Source of the DNA: Eledone cirrhosa
Lineage: Eukaryota
Reading direction: 5' to 3'
DNA: 64,000 bases
NCBI GenBank assembly: GCA_964016885.1
Contig: OZ024744.1
Span: 74,338,001-74,402,000 of the forward strand
Positions 1-13,978 of this stretch are shown piece by piece. The position numbers and the translations under genes are program-made. Below the pieces are notes generated by a model. The model was not told where the DNA came from and did no database searches. It saw nothing but the letters and a program-made list of their open reading frames with translations. The stretch's first letter is position 1; every line of letters starts with the position of its first letter.

Positions 1-364
1 CTTATTTTAAGATTCACTTCTTTAAAATCTTCAAATCTCAACACTTCCGGTTAGCGATCGCTTAAATAAACATTCATATATTTCTGTCACTAATTTCTTT
101 CCTAATGCATTTTATATATAATATATATATATATATATTTTAATATATCATGTATTAGGTTACTGATTACATAAGAGAGTGTAACGCAGACTTCGTTCAA
201 ATTCTGTGCATATTGTCAATTACGATTTCATTTGATGAATCATATATATATATATACTTGCGTATAAAATCAATATGCACACTACAAATACTAGCAGAAA
301 ACCACCCGAAGGGTGGTTTACAATCGGTACAGTATATGGAAGGAATAGATTAGGTTAACGCGTG

Positions 365-515
<151 letters not shown>

Positions 516-1046
516 AGAGGGACAGAGTGTGTTTGTGTATCTTATACATGTCACTAAAGAGTCGATAAAATATCGTTCCTAGGAAAATACACAACCTCAA
601 GCAACTTAAACATGAGGATCCTAACCAAAATTCCTGGCCGTCAAAACAGTCTGTGAATTAAAAAATAAATAAGTCAGGCCACTTCAATCGAATGAGATGG
701 TCATCATCACCAGATCAAATCCTTCGACTGTATTTACAGTTTCTGAATCGGAGAATAAATCAAACCATATAAATAGAACGATATGACCATCAGTCCCAGA
801 ACCAATTCTTCATCGGTGGGTTAACAGAAAATAGATACCTATTAAGAGAGATTTTGTTCCATCTTTCATCCATCCAACATGATAAGATAAAAATTAAAAA
901 CAATAATATCGCACACAAGCTGAACCTATTAAACAAGTAAATATCTGTAAAAATGGATAAAAAGACAGACCTAAGATACCGCTAGAAATACAGTCAATAG
1001 AGGTTGTCTAATGAGCTCATATATACATATGTATATATGTAGATAG

Positions 1047-1118
1047 ATACTCTGCTCTGTAAGAGCATAGAGTGCTCAACCGGCATACCGCCTATGGAAG
1101 CATCTTAGCTACCATCAG

Positions 1119-1124
<6 letters not shown>
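1047..1124. repeat. ~78 bp interspersed repeat, inverted copy at 63883-63960
   Basis: ATACTCTGCTCTGTAAGAGCATAGAGTGCTCAACCGGCATACCGCCTATGGAAGCATCTTAGCTACC is the reverse complement of 63883-63960, with one mismatch seen. Confidence 0.9.
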
Positions 1125-1150
<26 letters not shown>

Positions 1151-1260
1151 ATATATATATAAATATTAAGTTGTTAAACAATATTCGATGATTATGTCAA
1201 AGAATGAGTGTTACAGTAGATTGGAAGCACTCAACGTGAAAATAATTTTCAGGAGTTATT

Positions 1261-1576
<316 letters not shown>

Positions 1577-1774
1577 ATGTATCTGTGTATGTGGGGGGGG
1601 GGGGTAAGTATTTCCGTAGAAAAGGTAAAGGAAAGAAGAGTGCTCTATTGCTCTATGTATTGTGCAGAGCTATTTAATTACATAATAAACAACATAACAT
1701 AATAAACAACACATTACATAATAAACAACACAATATAATTATTTCATTACCAATAAAAATAAAAAAGTGAGACG

Positions 1775-2053
1775 GTATCACGCATTCATCTTCAGTTTAT
1801 TACATCATACTGTTATGCACATTTCAAAGATATCAAAGTCGATGTATGATAATTCTTTGATGCTCGTTTGTAGAAAGGCGGTCAAATCAAGTCCCATAGT
1901 ATGACGATCATATCAAAAACAAAAACATTATAACATTACTCCTAAATACCAATTTGATGACAACTTGCCAAATAATTGTTACACAACCACTTTCATGTCT
2001 TTAAAATGTGCATAACAGGATGATATAATAAACTGAAGATGCATACGTGATAC
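1775..2053. repeat. Imperfect inverted repeat (~56 bp arms) containing CTGAAGA half-hammerhead
   Basis: 1775-1830 is the approximate reverse complement of 1998-2053. Confidence 0.65.
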
Positions 2054-2183
2054 TGCTTGTTCTTTTTTATAATATTGACACACTGTCTGATAACATATAG
2101 GTACCCACATTGTGGAGTGCTTACGTCTTATTAAACTATACTCGGTCGATTGCTTAATCAACCAGCACTGATTACTTGGAATA

Positions 2184-2233
<50 letters not shown>

Positions 2234-2433
2234 TATTAAAATAACAGATTAAAGTTTAAGCAAAGAATCGCTGCTTTCACTCTTACTATACTATATATAC
2301 AGGATCGATCGACTTTCGTCAAATCGGACCGAGGAAACAATGTTTCCGTTGGTCTTTCCAGTTGCTAATACTATATATCTGTCGCAACTCAAAATATTAA
2401 TACATGAAGACATTCACATAATCAAAATATATG

Positions 2434-2497
2434 TTTTATTATATATATTTCGGAGGTACTGTGCTGTTTTTTCAGTACGTCCTCATCAGATAAAATA
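2434..2497 (-). ncRNA. Minimal type I hammerhead ribozyme motif
   Basis: Minus strand ATTTTAT-CTGATGA-GGACGTACTG...CAGTACCTCC-GAAA-TATATA-TA-ATAAAA; same family as 1359 and 48850. Confidence 0.85.
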
Positions 2498-2651
2498 CAT
2501 GAATTGATGTATGAATACCTCAACTGTCTTGATGGTTTAATTCCAGTCTTGGCAGTCATTTATTCATATTTTGAATAATATTAATAACCCCAGAAAACTT
2601 CTTTGTTGAGTGCTTTGAATCTATTGTAAAACTATATTCATTGAGTAATCA

Positions 2652-2996
2652 ATGGAGAGAGAGGTGCTGTACCCCAGCAAGTTTTATGAAAGGTGGGTGA
2701 AAGTGGCGAGAATGGGCCTTCTCTCTATATCAGCCTGTAGGTTGAGGAAAAGGAGGAGGAGAGGAAAGGAGTACAAGCTCTTCGTACTCCTGGAGATGAG
2801 GGTTGCACATTTTTTTCGGGGGTCTGTGTTACCCATATAAACTGTCTCCCTCTATTGGGGAAAATCGACTAACTTTTAAATTCCATCTGTGATAACATTT
2901 TACACGTTTTTATTGTATGTAAACTTCCCCCTTTGTATTTGTCCCCTTCTTTTGTGCCCCTGTGGCTAATAAAGAAATATATCTATCTATCTATCT
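2652..2996 (+). mobile_element. 3' end fragment of Tx1/L1-clade element ending in (TATC)n
   Basis: EREVLYPSKFYERWVKVARM matches the ORF2 C-terminus; 3' UTR nearly identical to 59660-59900; ends CTGTGGCTAATAAAGAAA + (ATCT)n. Confidence 0.9.
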
Positions 2997-3784
2997 ATAT
3001 ATAAATATATATAAATGAAAGGTATAGAAAGTATTGTAGCAAGAAGCCAACAGTATTCCATAACATATATGTGACTATAGCGTCAAAATGTGAAAATAGT
3101 TAACATAAGATATGGGAAAAATAATTCAAACTCAATTCAAAAAGAATCAGGATATAGATTTATCCAACAGAATTTAGTGAAATCCAGGGAAAAATCAATA
3201 GAGCCTTAACTCATGATAAAATAAAGTTTAAAATACTCATCCTTCAATTTGGGACAACTACAAATGCTCTGTATAGTCTTGAAAAAGACTATTTCACGAA
3301 AACTTTGAGTGGAGATAGCCAGATTCTCACTGATTAATATGCCAAAAAGGGAATTTAAAAGCAGGCTAGTTTAACATCATGCGTGATTATGAAAATAAAA
3401 CGCACATGTAGAAAACAGGGCTGGTGACGTCAGAATGAGATGAACAACAGTCAAAAACATTCCGATAAAGACTCTACAATAAGGAGTTCATATATATATA
3501 TATATATGTGTGTGTGTGTTCGTATGTGTGTATGTGTGTTTGTGTGTGTGTGTTTGTGTTTGTGTTTGTTTATAACTTTCTTGTTATCTTTAGTGCGTCT
3601 GTTTCTTTCTTTCTATTCTATTTGTATTTGGTAAATAGAGTTTAATAGGAAAAAAAAGAAAAAAAGAAAATTTCAATTGAGAAGATAGAATGGAATTTAA
3701 AATAGTAAAATATAAAGAAAAAAGGAAAAAATAGAAAAAGGGGAGGGGGGTGCAAGGACTCTAGAATCACAGAAGAATGAGAAG

Positions 3785-4084
3785 GAGGTGATTGAACTCT
3801 GGGCTTAGGGTGAGGCGGTGATGGAGCTGCACCTCACGGACAATGGCCAGCGACACCCGCTCAGATGGGCCACCGTCTTTCCGTACATGTGTAGGATTTC
3901 AACAGTACCTGATTCAAGTACGCCTGAGTTCTCGACGGCAACCAGTGCGAAGAGGAAGCGGCCGGACATTTCCTGCTATTTGATTATCTTCCTATCCTCT
4001 GCAAGGCGGGCCGCGGTACCGAGGTTTTGTGGCCGAATCGACTAAGTTGGTGACGGAGAACGTATCACAACTTGTGGCATCCCA
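3785..4084 (-). mobile_element. Degenerate C-terminal restriction-like endonuclease region of a CRE-like non-LTR element
   Basis: Minus-strand conceptual translation WDATSCDTF...AARLAEDRKIIK*...FLFALVAVENSG...VSLAIVR, resembling the CRE-clade RLE motif series (WDxT, AA..AE..K..KY, F.P.A.E..G, SxAIxRG); broken by stops and frameshifts. Confidence 0.65.
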
Positions 4085-4390
4085 TACACACATACACATC
4101 CACACATACACATCCACACATACAATAACATCCATATCTACACATGAATGCATGCAGACGTGCATACATATCTACCTAGTTGATGTGTAAATTCCAATGA
4201 GAGAGTCTTGTATCTATGTTAGAAACCGACTCTCTCTCTATTGGCAAACATTCGTGAAATTACAAAACCAGAAGAATAAACATACATACATACATAAACA
4301 CATACACACATGTATACATTCATACATACATAAACACATACATACATGTATACACACATACATAAACACATACATACATACATACATACA

Positions 4391-4908
4391 TGGTGGCTGC
4401 CAACTCGTTTTCGAGTACAGCCACTACTTTATATTTATGTAGGAGAACCCTTACCGATGCGCTGAACGAGTGTGACTTTTTAGTCCAGCCAGCGACTTGA
4501 AAACGCTGGTACAAACACTACACTTGTGACAATTATTGACACATAGTGCTGGGCTCATGGTACCATGTGACGACAAGTGCAGAGAGATCTCCAGATATAA
4601 AGCAATACCTGTGCCGTGAAGCTTTTATAGTGGGCAAAAGCACTGCACAAAGCCAGTCCCACTCTCTTAACCAAGATGATATTTACCAAAAAGAAGAACA
4701 AGTCAACATCATTGGATACCATCAGAGTTGCAGGTGTTATATCAGAGTTTTCCTTCTCCTAGAATTCTCCCTTAACAAAGGCTAAGGGGTCATCTCTCCC
4801 GGTAATTTTGGATGGCCATTGACTCTTAAGAGCTCCTTTGCCCTTTGACAGGTTTTGTTTTTAGTCCTGCAGGATGTCCAAAGTCACCCTCCTCACCAAG
4901 AAACCTTG

Positions 4909-4910
<2 letters not shown>
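4391..4910 (-). mobile_element. 3' fragment of RTE-clade element with C-terminal C2H2 finger
   Basis: Minus strand encodes CSVCTSVFKSLAGLKSHTRSAHR*, homologous to the end of 39217-39573; tail CTCGAAAACGAGTTGGCAGCCACC + (ATGT)n. Confidence 0.75.
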
Positions 4911-4939
<29 letters not shown>

Positions 4940-4957
4940 GTGTATGTATATATATAT

Positions 4958-5015
4958 TTTTTTTTTTTCTCTCGTGCAATGGCCATACTTGATAACGAGG
5001 GGGCAGCCATCATCA
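4958..5015 (+). mobile_element. Isolated RTE 3' terminal stem-loop/tail
   Basis: CTCGTGCAATGGCCATACTTGATAACGAGGGGGCAGCCATCAT matches 39714-39756; followed by (ATGT)n. Confidence 0.8.
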
Positions 5016-5225
5016 TGTATGTATGTATGTATGTATGTATGATCTTCTGGTTTTATAATTTCACAAATTGTATGTTTGTATGTATACATGTCAAGTCACC
5101 AGTTGGTGCTACTTGTAACATGTATTCCAGTACAACCTGTCCAATGGTCGGGTCGTTGGCGACTAAACATACATACATACATACATACATACATACATAC
5201 ATACATACATACATACATACATACA

Positions 5226-5253
<28 letters not shown>

Positions 5254-5256
<3 letters not shown>

Positions 5257-7400
5257 GATTATCAACTGCCACTACTCTCCTCATTCCCCAAAATAGCGAA
5301 ACCACTCTTGCTAAAAATTACCGCCCAATAGCCTGCCAAAACATCATGTATAAATGATATACTGGGTGCCTTAACCTGTTCTTACAGGATCACTGTGCCA
5401 CCAACAACATTATAACACCTGAGTAAGCTGGTGGAAAGAGGGAGGTGTGGGGTTGCATAGATCACTTACTAACTAATAAAATTATTCAAGAAAAAACAAC
5501 AAAGAATCGCAGAAACATGACTGTGGTGTGGCTGGACTATCAAAAAGCATTTGATAGTGTACCTCATGGGTGGATTGTTAAGGCTTTACAGTTAGCCAAA
5601 GTCCCACAACCACTGGTAGCTGCTGTTGAACGTCTGACCAAGAAATGGTACACCAATTTGACCTCTAGAGGTGAGAAGGAGCAAGTTAAGACTGATAAGA
5701 TACATTACCAGAAGGGCATCAGTGCTACGCTTCGTTCTCTCACTAAATCCACTATATTACCTACTCAGGAAACAAGGTGGACAAAGAAGTGGGTCCAGAA
5801 GTATCTCCCATCTTTTCTTTGTTGATGACATGAAGTTGTATGGGCCAAATATCAATGACATCAAGAAACAATTGGATCTCATTACACAATTTTCAACAGA
5901 CATCAAAATGAAATTTGGTGAGTCCAAGTGTGCATATTTGGCAGTAGAACGTGGAAGAGCTGTACCCTCTTCTAGAAATCTAGAGATGAACGGCATGACA
6001 ATACAAACTCTACAGTTAGGTGACAACTAAAGATATCTTGGACAGGATGAGAATGTCAGATATGATGAACCCATAAATAAGGAGAGAACCAGAACTGAAT
6101 ACCTCAGAAGAGTAAAGAAAATATGGTCATCAGAACTGTCAGCGTACAACAGGTTCATTGCCCATAATACTTATGCTGTGCCAATTCTAACGCCAACATT
6201 TGGCCTGCTGAACTGGTCATTGCAAGAACTAAGTGAGATGGATGTTAGAACTAGCAAACTTCTCAGTGTTACTGGGAACTTTAACATCAATGGTGATGTG
6301 GATAGGCTATACTTCTTACGCAAGGAAGAAGTATCATATGAGACCCGGATAGTAACACTGATGCTACATCTTCAACAGAGGAAAAAGGTTGGCAACCATC
6401 TTGCCCAGGTTTATGAGCATGAAGAAAAAAATATCATTAGGATAGCCACTGATCTGGAGGAGAGATATGGAATAAAGCCTGATATAAATCTCTCACCTAG
6501 AGAAATCGGAAGATCCTATTCAATGTTCAAACAAGATGAAAAAATTGACCAATTTACAGAAAAAGTTGTGCATGGATACTTGAGATGTAAAAGACAGACC
6601 ATAGAGGAGATAAACCACTCAAAAAGCCTGGCATGGAGTCCCGACAAGTTTATGACATCACACCTTGAGTGATATCTCTATGCAATACAGGAACAAGAAC
6701 TCCCTACCAAATATATGCTGCACAAAAGAGGAGGGCCATCAGCTGAAAATAAATGCAGGCTATGTAAAACAAAGATCGAAGATGTAAGCCACATTGTTGC
6801 CAGCTGAGAAAGAATGTCATCTCGCTACTACCTCCCCATGAGACACGATGGGATAGCTAGAACCATCTGGAACGCACTTCGGAAAACAAAATTAGAAACA
6901 AACGAGTAAGAATATATTGAGACAGATGGAACTAAGGAATACTGGTGAAACCTGAAAATAAAAACTGCCACCAAATTAAAGCACAACCGGCCTGATATTG
7001 TTTGGGACCACACATTGAAAACGTGTTCTGTTGTGGAGATTAGCTGCCCACTTGATGTAAACGTTGTCAGAGAAATACAGGAGAAGGACATCTACTGACC
7101 ATTGATGAGGAGTTTACAAATCCAGTATCCAAGATACACCTTTAGCTTCATACCCATCATTATTGGAGCTACGCGTTATATACCAAACCGCTTGGACCAA
7201 TGTATAACTGAAACTTGGATTTGCGAACAAAGAGCGCAGCTCCCTAATTCATAGTCTACAAATGGCTGCAATAGCTGGCAACTTCAAAATTTGCAAAACA
7301 TTCTTGCGATTCAAGGAATGACAATTTCTTTTCTTTTACAACCTTGCCACCAGGACGGTGGCCGGTTAAAAAATTACTCGAAATTAAGAGAAAGAGATAA
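5254..7400 (+). mobile_element. 5'-truncated, degenerate R4/Dong-like RLE non-LTR element (family C)
   Basis: NYRPIAC, WLDYQKAFDSVPH, HLFFVDDMKLY, CRLC..H..., RHD, HNRPDI and EISCP motifs over broken frames; flanked by (ACAT)n at the 5' end and CATACATACA at the 3' end. Confidence 0.88.
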
Positions 7401-7405
7401 CATAC

Positions 7406-7665
7406 ATACACGTGGGTCTCGAATAATCGTTCCTGCCCTCCCACTTATTAATCCCCCGCCCCCAGCCCCGCTTATTAAATTTTGCTGATATAACGAAGGC
7501 GAAATTTTTTTTTTTTTTTAATTCAATGGATACACCCTAAAAAATTATCGATGTTGCACCTGCCCACCCACTTATTCTAACTCCCTGCTTATTTCAAATT
7601 CCCAGTTTATTATACCTCCACCCACACTTATTCCACACCACCCTATTATTTGGAACTCCCGAGTA
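7406..7665. mobile_element. Possible MITE (Tc1/mariner-pogo-like non-autonomous)
   Basis: Imperfect terminal inverted repeats (TACACGTGGGTCTCGAATAAT ... ATTATTTGGAACTCCCGAGTA) and repeated CCC..CTTATT subterminal motifs. Confidence 0.45.
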
Positions 7666-7726
7666 TCAGTACATTCATTTATAAACTGACCATTCAATTG
7701 ATTAACTAACTCAATGCTGATCGTCG

Positions 7727-7777
7727 ACACAGTAGCTTGATCCACCATCGAGTGAATGGTGGATCAAGCTACTGTGT
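7727..7777. other. Perfect 22-bp hairpin with 7-nt loop
   Basis: ACACAGTAGCTTGATCCACCAT-cgagtga-ATGGTGGATCAAGCTACTGTGT. Confidence 0.9.
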
Positions 7778-7977
7778 AAAACTACCATCAAGATTGTTTC
7801 TTCACTATCTTAAAGTAAAAGTTGACACTTACTTTTCCTCTGAAAGATAGTATGAGAGACGATATTAGAACCTAAAATTTCCTTAATATCCACTTTCGCT
7901 TCGAGGAAAATGGTGAGAATAGACAGAAATTTGCAGATAACTGTTTCGAATTAAGTGTTTATTATTTTCTTCTAAAA

Positions 7978-8197
7978 GGGTGGTGCATTGGTAGAATCGG
8001 TAGAGCGTCGGCGGACAACATGCTTAGCAGCACAGAGTTGCGAACATTTACATTCTGAGTTCAAATCTCACCGAGGTTAGCTTCACCTATCATCATTTCG
8101 GGGTCGATAAAATAAAGCACCAGTAATGCACTGGGATTGATTTAATCGACTTTCCCTTGCTCTCTAAATTGCTGACCTCTTGCCTAGAGTAGAAATC
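7978..8197 (+). mobile_element. tRNA-derived SINE (Meta-domain-like; octopus OK-type)
   Basis: Box A-like TGGTAGAATCGG, box B GAGTTCAAATC, core TCATTTCGGGGTCGATAAAATAAAGCACCAGT, end GTAGAAA. Confidence 0.8.
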
Positions 8198-8299
8198 TGT
8201 ATTTCCCTCTAAATCTCAGAATTAAATGAAAAAATCGCAGAATGTAAAAGTATTTAAATCTCTATACCAAATAATGATATTATTATTATTGTTATTATT

Positions 8300-8478
8300 G
8301 GCGGTATCGGTAGAGGGTCTAACGCCATGCTTTGCGGAATAGAGTTATGGCCCTTTATGATCTGAGTTCAAATCCCGCCAAGGTTAACTTTTCCCTTCAA
8401 CCTTACAGGATCGATAAAGTAAAGAACCTGTAATACACTGGGATAATTGCTGGTCTTTTGCCAAAAGTAGAAACAATT
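8300..8478 (+). mobile_element. tRNA-derived SINE, same family
   Basis: GGCGGTATCGGTAGA...GAGTTCAAATCCC...GATCGATAAAGTAAAG...GTAGAAACAATT; a Tx1 element starts where its (ATT)n tail would be. Confidence 0.8.
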
Positions 8479-11400
8479 GGTCTGTTCAGACGTCTTTTTG
8501 TTCTCTCCCAGTAAGTTGCTTTATTTACCTGTTATAATGATTTGTTGTTAAATTTTTCTCGTGTAAGGGATATAAGCCCTTGGACTTTGCCCTGTGAAGG
8601 GCAATGTATAATATTTATAATATTTGGGCCTTTTGGCCCAAATATTTGAACATTTTACTTTTAAAAATTATATTTAAAAAAAAACATGGTTGCTGTCGTG
8701 TGACAACGGCATAACAGTTGGGAGGAAGGTTACAGAAATTGATACAACAAACACCACCACAAACAACGTGAACAAAGACAACAACACTGAGAACACTAAT
8801 TTTAAGAAAATTACCACACCAACTACAATAACAGCGTCAACCAAAATACAGACAACAGAAAAAAATGACAACAAATGCAACAACGATATTAACACCACTA
8901 ACAAGAAAATAAACAACAACACAATACAAATTGCACCGAAAACAACAACAACGGTGGCACCAAAAATACAACCAACTACAACAGTGATAACAGCAACAAC
9001 ACCAACAACACCGATTGTAGCAGTAGCAACAGCAACAGCACCAACAACTAGACCAGTAGCAACAGTAGCGGCAGCAATAATAGTGCCGCTGAAAAGGGGG
9101 CCACTTCTTTCGCAGGTGTGGGCGGAAATATGGAGACAGTGTTAGACACGGAGGAGGATATGGCAGTCGCAAGAGCCATGGTGACAAGAAATGACAACAG
9201 AGTTTCCCTGAAACCTCCACCCGATTTCTTCAAAGACCAGCAGCTGCGTACGGTGACTTATCGCACCGTAAGCAAAATATCACATAGGGTGGAGAGAGCC
9301 AAGGAAGCTCAAATCCAAAACACCTTGGGGTGCGTTTGGGCGCTTAAAACCCACATCACCCGAGGCAAAAAGTACGCCACAGTAGACGTACTTTTCGCCA
9401 CCCCCAAGAGGTGAAGTCTCACTCTTTGGAAACCATAAAGACTGAGTAGATAGTCTTGGTGTCCTCCTACTGCAGGCAGAAACTTGTGAGAGTCAAAGTG
9501 GCCCAGGTCCAGCCCAACGTGCCCATACCTGGGCTGGCCGAGACTGTACTTGCTGGAATCGAGGACAGGACCACCTTACTGCAAATACAGAGAATGGGAA
9601 GAGAGAACTGGTCAGGTATAGGCATGCAAATGCTAATAAAAACTGACCAGGAGTGCATCGAGGCCATCCCAGATATTATAGACCTCGAAGAATGTCTCCA
9701 ACTCCCTATAAGCGGGGAAGGAAGGCGCCCAAAGTGCTATCTCTGTGGGCAGAAGTGTCACCTCAGGGCCTTCTGCCCGCAGAAGACAGCCCAGAAGAGG
9801 GCTGCCCTCCTTGCGACGCCTGATCCGTTGCTACCAAGAGCAGGGAGGCAACAGAGGCAGAAGACCCTTCCATTGTCAATAGGGTGGCAACGTCCGTGGC
9901 ACTCATACCAAGGCCACGGACAACTAAAACATCGGAAGCAGTGGCGGCAACACCAATAGTCGAAGTAGCTACACCGGCGGCAAAATCGCCGGAGCGGGCT
10001 CCACTACCACCACCAACAGCAATGGAGCTCATGCCCCTCCAAGACGCCACGGAATCCGACATGGAGTATGAGGCGGGAGTGAAGTGGCAAACGGTCGCCA
10101 CAAAAACAAAAAAAAACAAAGAAAACCCTTAGCTTCACACTCCAAAAGCGAAGGCAGACAAAGAGGAGTAAAGGCTGCAAGGAGACTTGCAGCAATACCA
10201 CCACCATCACCATCACCACCACAAACATCAACACCAACAACAACCACACCACCACCAGCATTACCAAAAGCACCAACATCGCAAACACAACAAAGCACAC
10301 ACACCCAAAAGCAACAAAACTACTCCTCCCCCCCAAAAGTACACAGCCATAAACATTGCACACGAAGGAGTAATACAACATATAAAACAACAGACATTAC
10401 AGACTCAAATTACCACACCCCACCAATGTCACGAACATTTTCCAAAAAAACATAAACATTGTGGAAATTAAACTCGAAGACTACAAAAGATTAAAACAAA
10501 AATTCTCCAATTGCGTTGGGGATTTGAGGGGGCTTACTCTCCAAGAGAATCTAGACAGATATCGTCTTGGAGACACTCATGACCAGCCGAATGGACAGTT
10601 CTACTGTCCCTTCTCCACACGATCAAGGTAAGTGATCCCCTTTCTCTCTTACCCCGTTTCTCATCCAACATGGCCGTACTTAGAATAGGCAGTATAAATG
10701 TATGTGGCCTGGGGTCATCTTGGAAGCAGGGTGACCTGCTCAACGACCTCAGGTCACTAAACATAGATGTGGTGGCCATCAGCGAGACCAGAATCTCCGA
10801 AGCACGAACCTTCGCACCAGGGTGGGGGGAATTTGCCGTGCCCTCTTCCTGGACCCAGAAGGTAAGTCGGTGGTGCTAGACGTGACGGGCAGCGAAGGCA
10901 ATACTTTCAGGCTAGAAGCCGTCTACGCCCCAACAGGGGCAGGACGGCCAGATTTCTTCAGACGTCTAGAGACCTTTCTTTGAACGTCCCGCTCTTTAGT
11001 GTTAGTGGGCGATTGGAACGGTATCTTTGATGCACGCTGGGATTGTGTGGGGCTAGTAGACAGAGCAGGAGGGTGTAAAAGCCTCACCAACCTGCTCAGA
11101 CGATTTGAACCGTCTGAGAGGTATAGACTGGATTATCCCAATGTGCCAATGTGGACATGGGCAAACCGCATCTGGTCATCCAGATCGCATTCAGATAGCG
11201 TATTCTGTACGGAAACAGATAAGACTAGTATATTTTGTCCATAATTTAAAGTAGTCGACTACACGGACCACACATTTGTGATCTGTGAAGTTGAATTAGA
11301 TAGACTCCATAGGCAAGGACCCGGCGCGCAAAGCTTACAGAGACCGGATTAGCGAATTAGTTAAGCGTCCGTTGACGGGAGCGATCGTCAACAACAGCTG

Positions 11401-13773
11401 GTGGTTTACCCTGAAAAGGGCTATTAGAGTAGAATCGACAAGGTTTAGTAAAGGAGTAGTGATAGAAGGAAATACAGTAGAGGGATAGTTACTTAGAAAA
11501 CTAGAAGAGGCGTTTAGGACAGGCATCGCAACCGAGATGTTTGTGGCGAGATTGGCACTCGACCAATTCTTCAACGCAAAACACGAAGGCGGCGTTGTCA
11601 GAGCTAGAGCGCGTGCTCTGAAACACGAGGGGAAGAAAGTCGTCCAAAGGGCCCGGGTGGCAGGTGCATGACGTGGCAACAAAGCCACAATTCTGTCTTT
11701 GTCTGACCAAAACGGGTGCCTGTTGCACGAACCCGAGCAGATGTGTGAGGGGGGGGTATGGACTTCAGTGCATACCTGGGCGTACTGCCACGGCTCTCGA
11801 CAACGGCAGCACAGTGTTGCGAAAAGCCAATAACAGCCGGTGAAATAGGAGAAACCATGGCTAACTGCACGAGGGGTAAATCGCCAGGTTTGAATGGTCT
11901 GCCCTACGAGATTTATGCATTTAAACAAGACTTGTTCGGTGACCTTTTGGCAGACGTTTACTGCAACTGGCAGAAGTACGGCATCATTCCCAGTTTTGTG
12001 AGCCGAGGAGCGGTGGCGCTGCTGAGAAAAGACCAGAACATAACAATTTTATCGATAACTTCAGGCCCATAACTCTGCTATACGCAGAGTTCAAGATTTT
12101 GCCAAGGTGTTAGCAACGAGGTTCGCGCTGGTCGTCGAGGGCCTGGTGGGAGAGGCGCAGACTTGCACCATTCCGGACAGATCTATACACGACAACCTCC
12201 ACCTCATGCGATACATCGTAGAGAGGGTGGTTAAGGAAACTGGCACGAGTGGGGCCCTGATCAACTTGGATCAATCCAAAGCATTTGATAGGGTTAACAT
12301 CGGTACCTGGCGGCGGTCCTCGAGGCAGCCCGTTTCGGGCCCGTTTTCAGGGGTTGGAAAGCTGCGATGTACAGCGACATCTGCTCAGTTGTGAGGGTAA
12401 ATGATCACCTGTCGCAGCCGTTCAGCATCATGCGCTCGGTCCGCCAGGGTTGTCCCCTCTCGTCCCTCTTGTACATATTGGCTCTCGAGCCGTTCCTGCA
12501 GAAACTGGGGGCGATGAGGGACGGCCCACACGAACTAGCATGTGGGAAATACCAGTCAGCTTAGTACGTCACTGTAGTGGTGTCGAGCACCAGACACATC
12601 CAGATGATCGGCACCGCTCTCAATAATACGAAGCGGTGACAGGTGCAAATATAAACCAGGGAAAGTCGTGGGGCGTTGGACGGACGGACCGGTTAAATTG
12701 CTCGGGGTCTGGTTCGGACTCGGACCTCCAGATGGAGAAAAACTGGAGCGAAGTGACGAGCATGTTGGCCTCCCTCACTCAGAAATCGGCTGAGAGGAAG
12801 CTGTCACTGAGCGGAGGTGGCGAATGCGTACATCGCATCCGTCATCTGCTACAGCCTCACCGTCGTCCCTTGTCCCGTTCTATAGAGGACTAGTGGAGGG
12901 GACGAGTGACGACGTTCTCGTAGAGATCTGGGCGTCGAAGAAGATCAGCTGTTTGCTCTCTTCCGGTGAACTTTCAGCCAAGGGCTTATGGATAACCTCC
13001 AGAAATCCCTGGCCTGGCAGTGCTACCGGGGAGCTTTGCCGGTTCGAGATAACCTCTACAGGCACGGAAGTGCCGTCAACCGATCCTGTCCGAGATGCGC
13101 GCAGAGCGACGAAACCGTCGTGCACGCACTCGTTCAGTGCCCGAGCATTGCTGTCACGTGTAGGACCGATCATGTTATCGACTGAGTCCATTGTGCAGAT
13201 AGTCTCGCCGTTTTCCTTCGAGGAGGAAGAGCAGGGGGTTTTCATCTGCCTAGTGGCCATGGTGAAAGGGATTGTGTGGTGGACAAGGTTGAAAGGTTTA
13301 AAGATAGACACTCTCCTCTTCGGCGAATCCCTGATTAACATTTTCAAGTTTTACTTGAAGAGGGAAATCAGTGTGGAGAGACAAATGCTGTCTTCTAGCA
13401 AGTTTGTTGACAGGTGGGTGAATGTAGCGAGAATGGTCCGAGTGAACGGGACCGCTCTGAATATACGCTTATAGTTTGAGGAATGGGAACAAATTGAGAG
13501 GGGTGGCTTTCCCTGTTTGTCAGGCTGGCCGTGGTCTTTTGTGTGGTTTTCGCCACGAGTAACCCTCGGAAGTTTTCTCCCTGTTGGGGAATTTTTCATT
13601 GTTTGAATTTTCATTTTTGCTGTTTATATATATATATGTTTCTATGTCTTTTTTCTTTTTCGTTTCTTATATAAATAATAAAAATCTTTACACGCACAAA
13701 ACCCACATCGTACCGTCCTGTCCGTTCAGTAATGTTTTGCTTGATGTAAGCCCTTGTGGCCAATAAAGAAATC
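8479..13773 (+). mobile_element. Near full-length, degenerate Tx1/L1-clade non-LTR retrotransposon
   Basis: ORF1 remnants (Thr-rich N-terminus, YATVDVLF, CYLCGQKCHLRAFC zinc knuckle); ORF2 remnants (IGSINVCG, VAISET, GDWN APE motifs; KSPGLNG, DQSKAFD, VRQGCPLS RT; CPRC..H...C); many frameshifts and deletions; ends TGTGGCCAATAAAGAAATC + (ATT)n. Confidence 0.92.
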
Positions 13774-13791
13774 ATTATTATTATTATTATT

Positions 13792-13978
13792 GGGCGGTAG
13801 ATTGGCAGTATTGGGAGTGGGTCGGACGCCATGCTTTGACGTATAGAGTTACGGCCCTTGCCATTCTGAGTTCAAATCCCGCCGAGGTTAACTTTGCCTT
13901 TCATCCTTACGGGGTCGATAAAATAAAATACCAGTAATGCATTGGGTAATTGATGGCCTTGTGCCTAACGTAGAAACA

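Noticed and set aside
3010-3480. Possible host exons or endonuclease remnant in unique-looking stretches (also 600-1010 and 63060-63360)
   Set aside because: No sustained frame, motif or convincing splice pattern; short host exons cannot be excluded without RNA data.
7978-8100. tRNA genes suggested by box A/box B motifs
   Set aside because: No cloverleaf; the motifs are heads of a multi-copy SINE.
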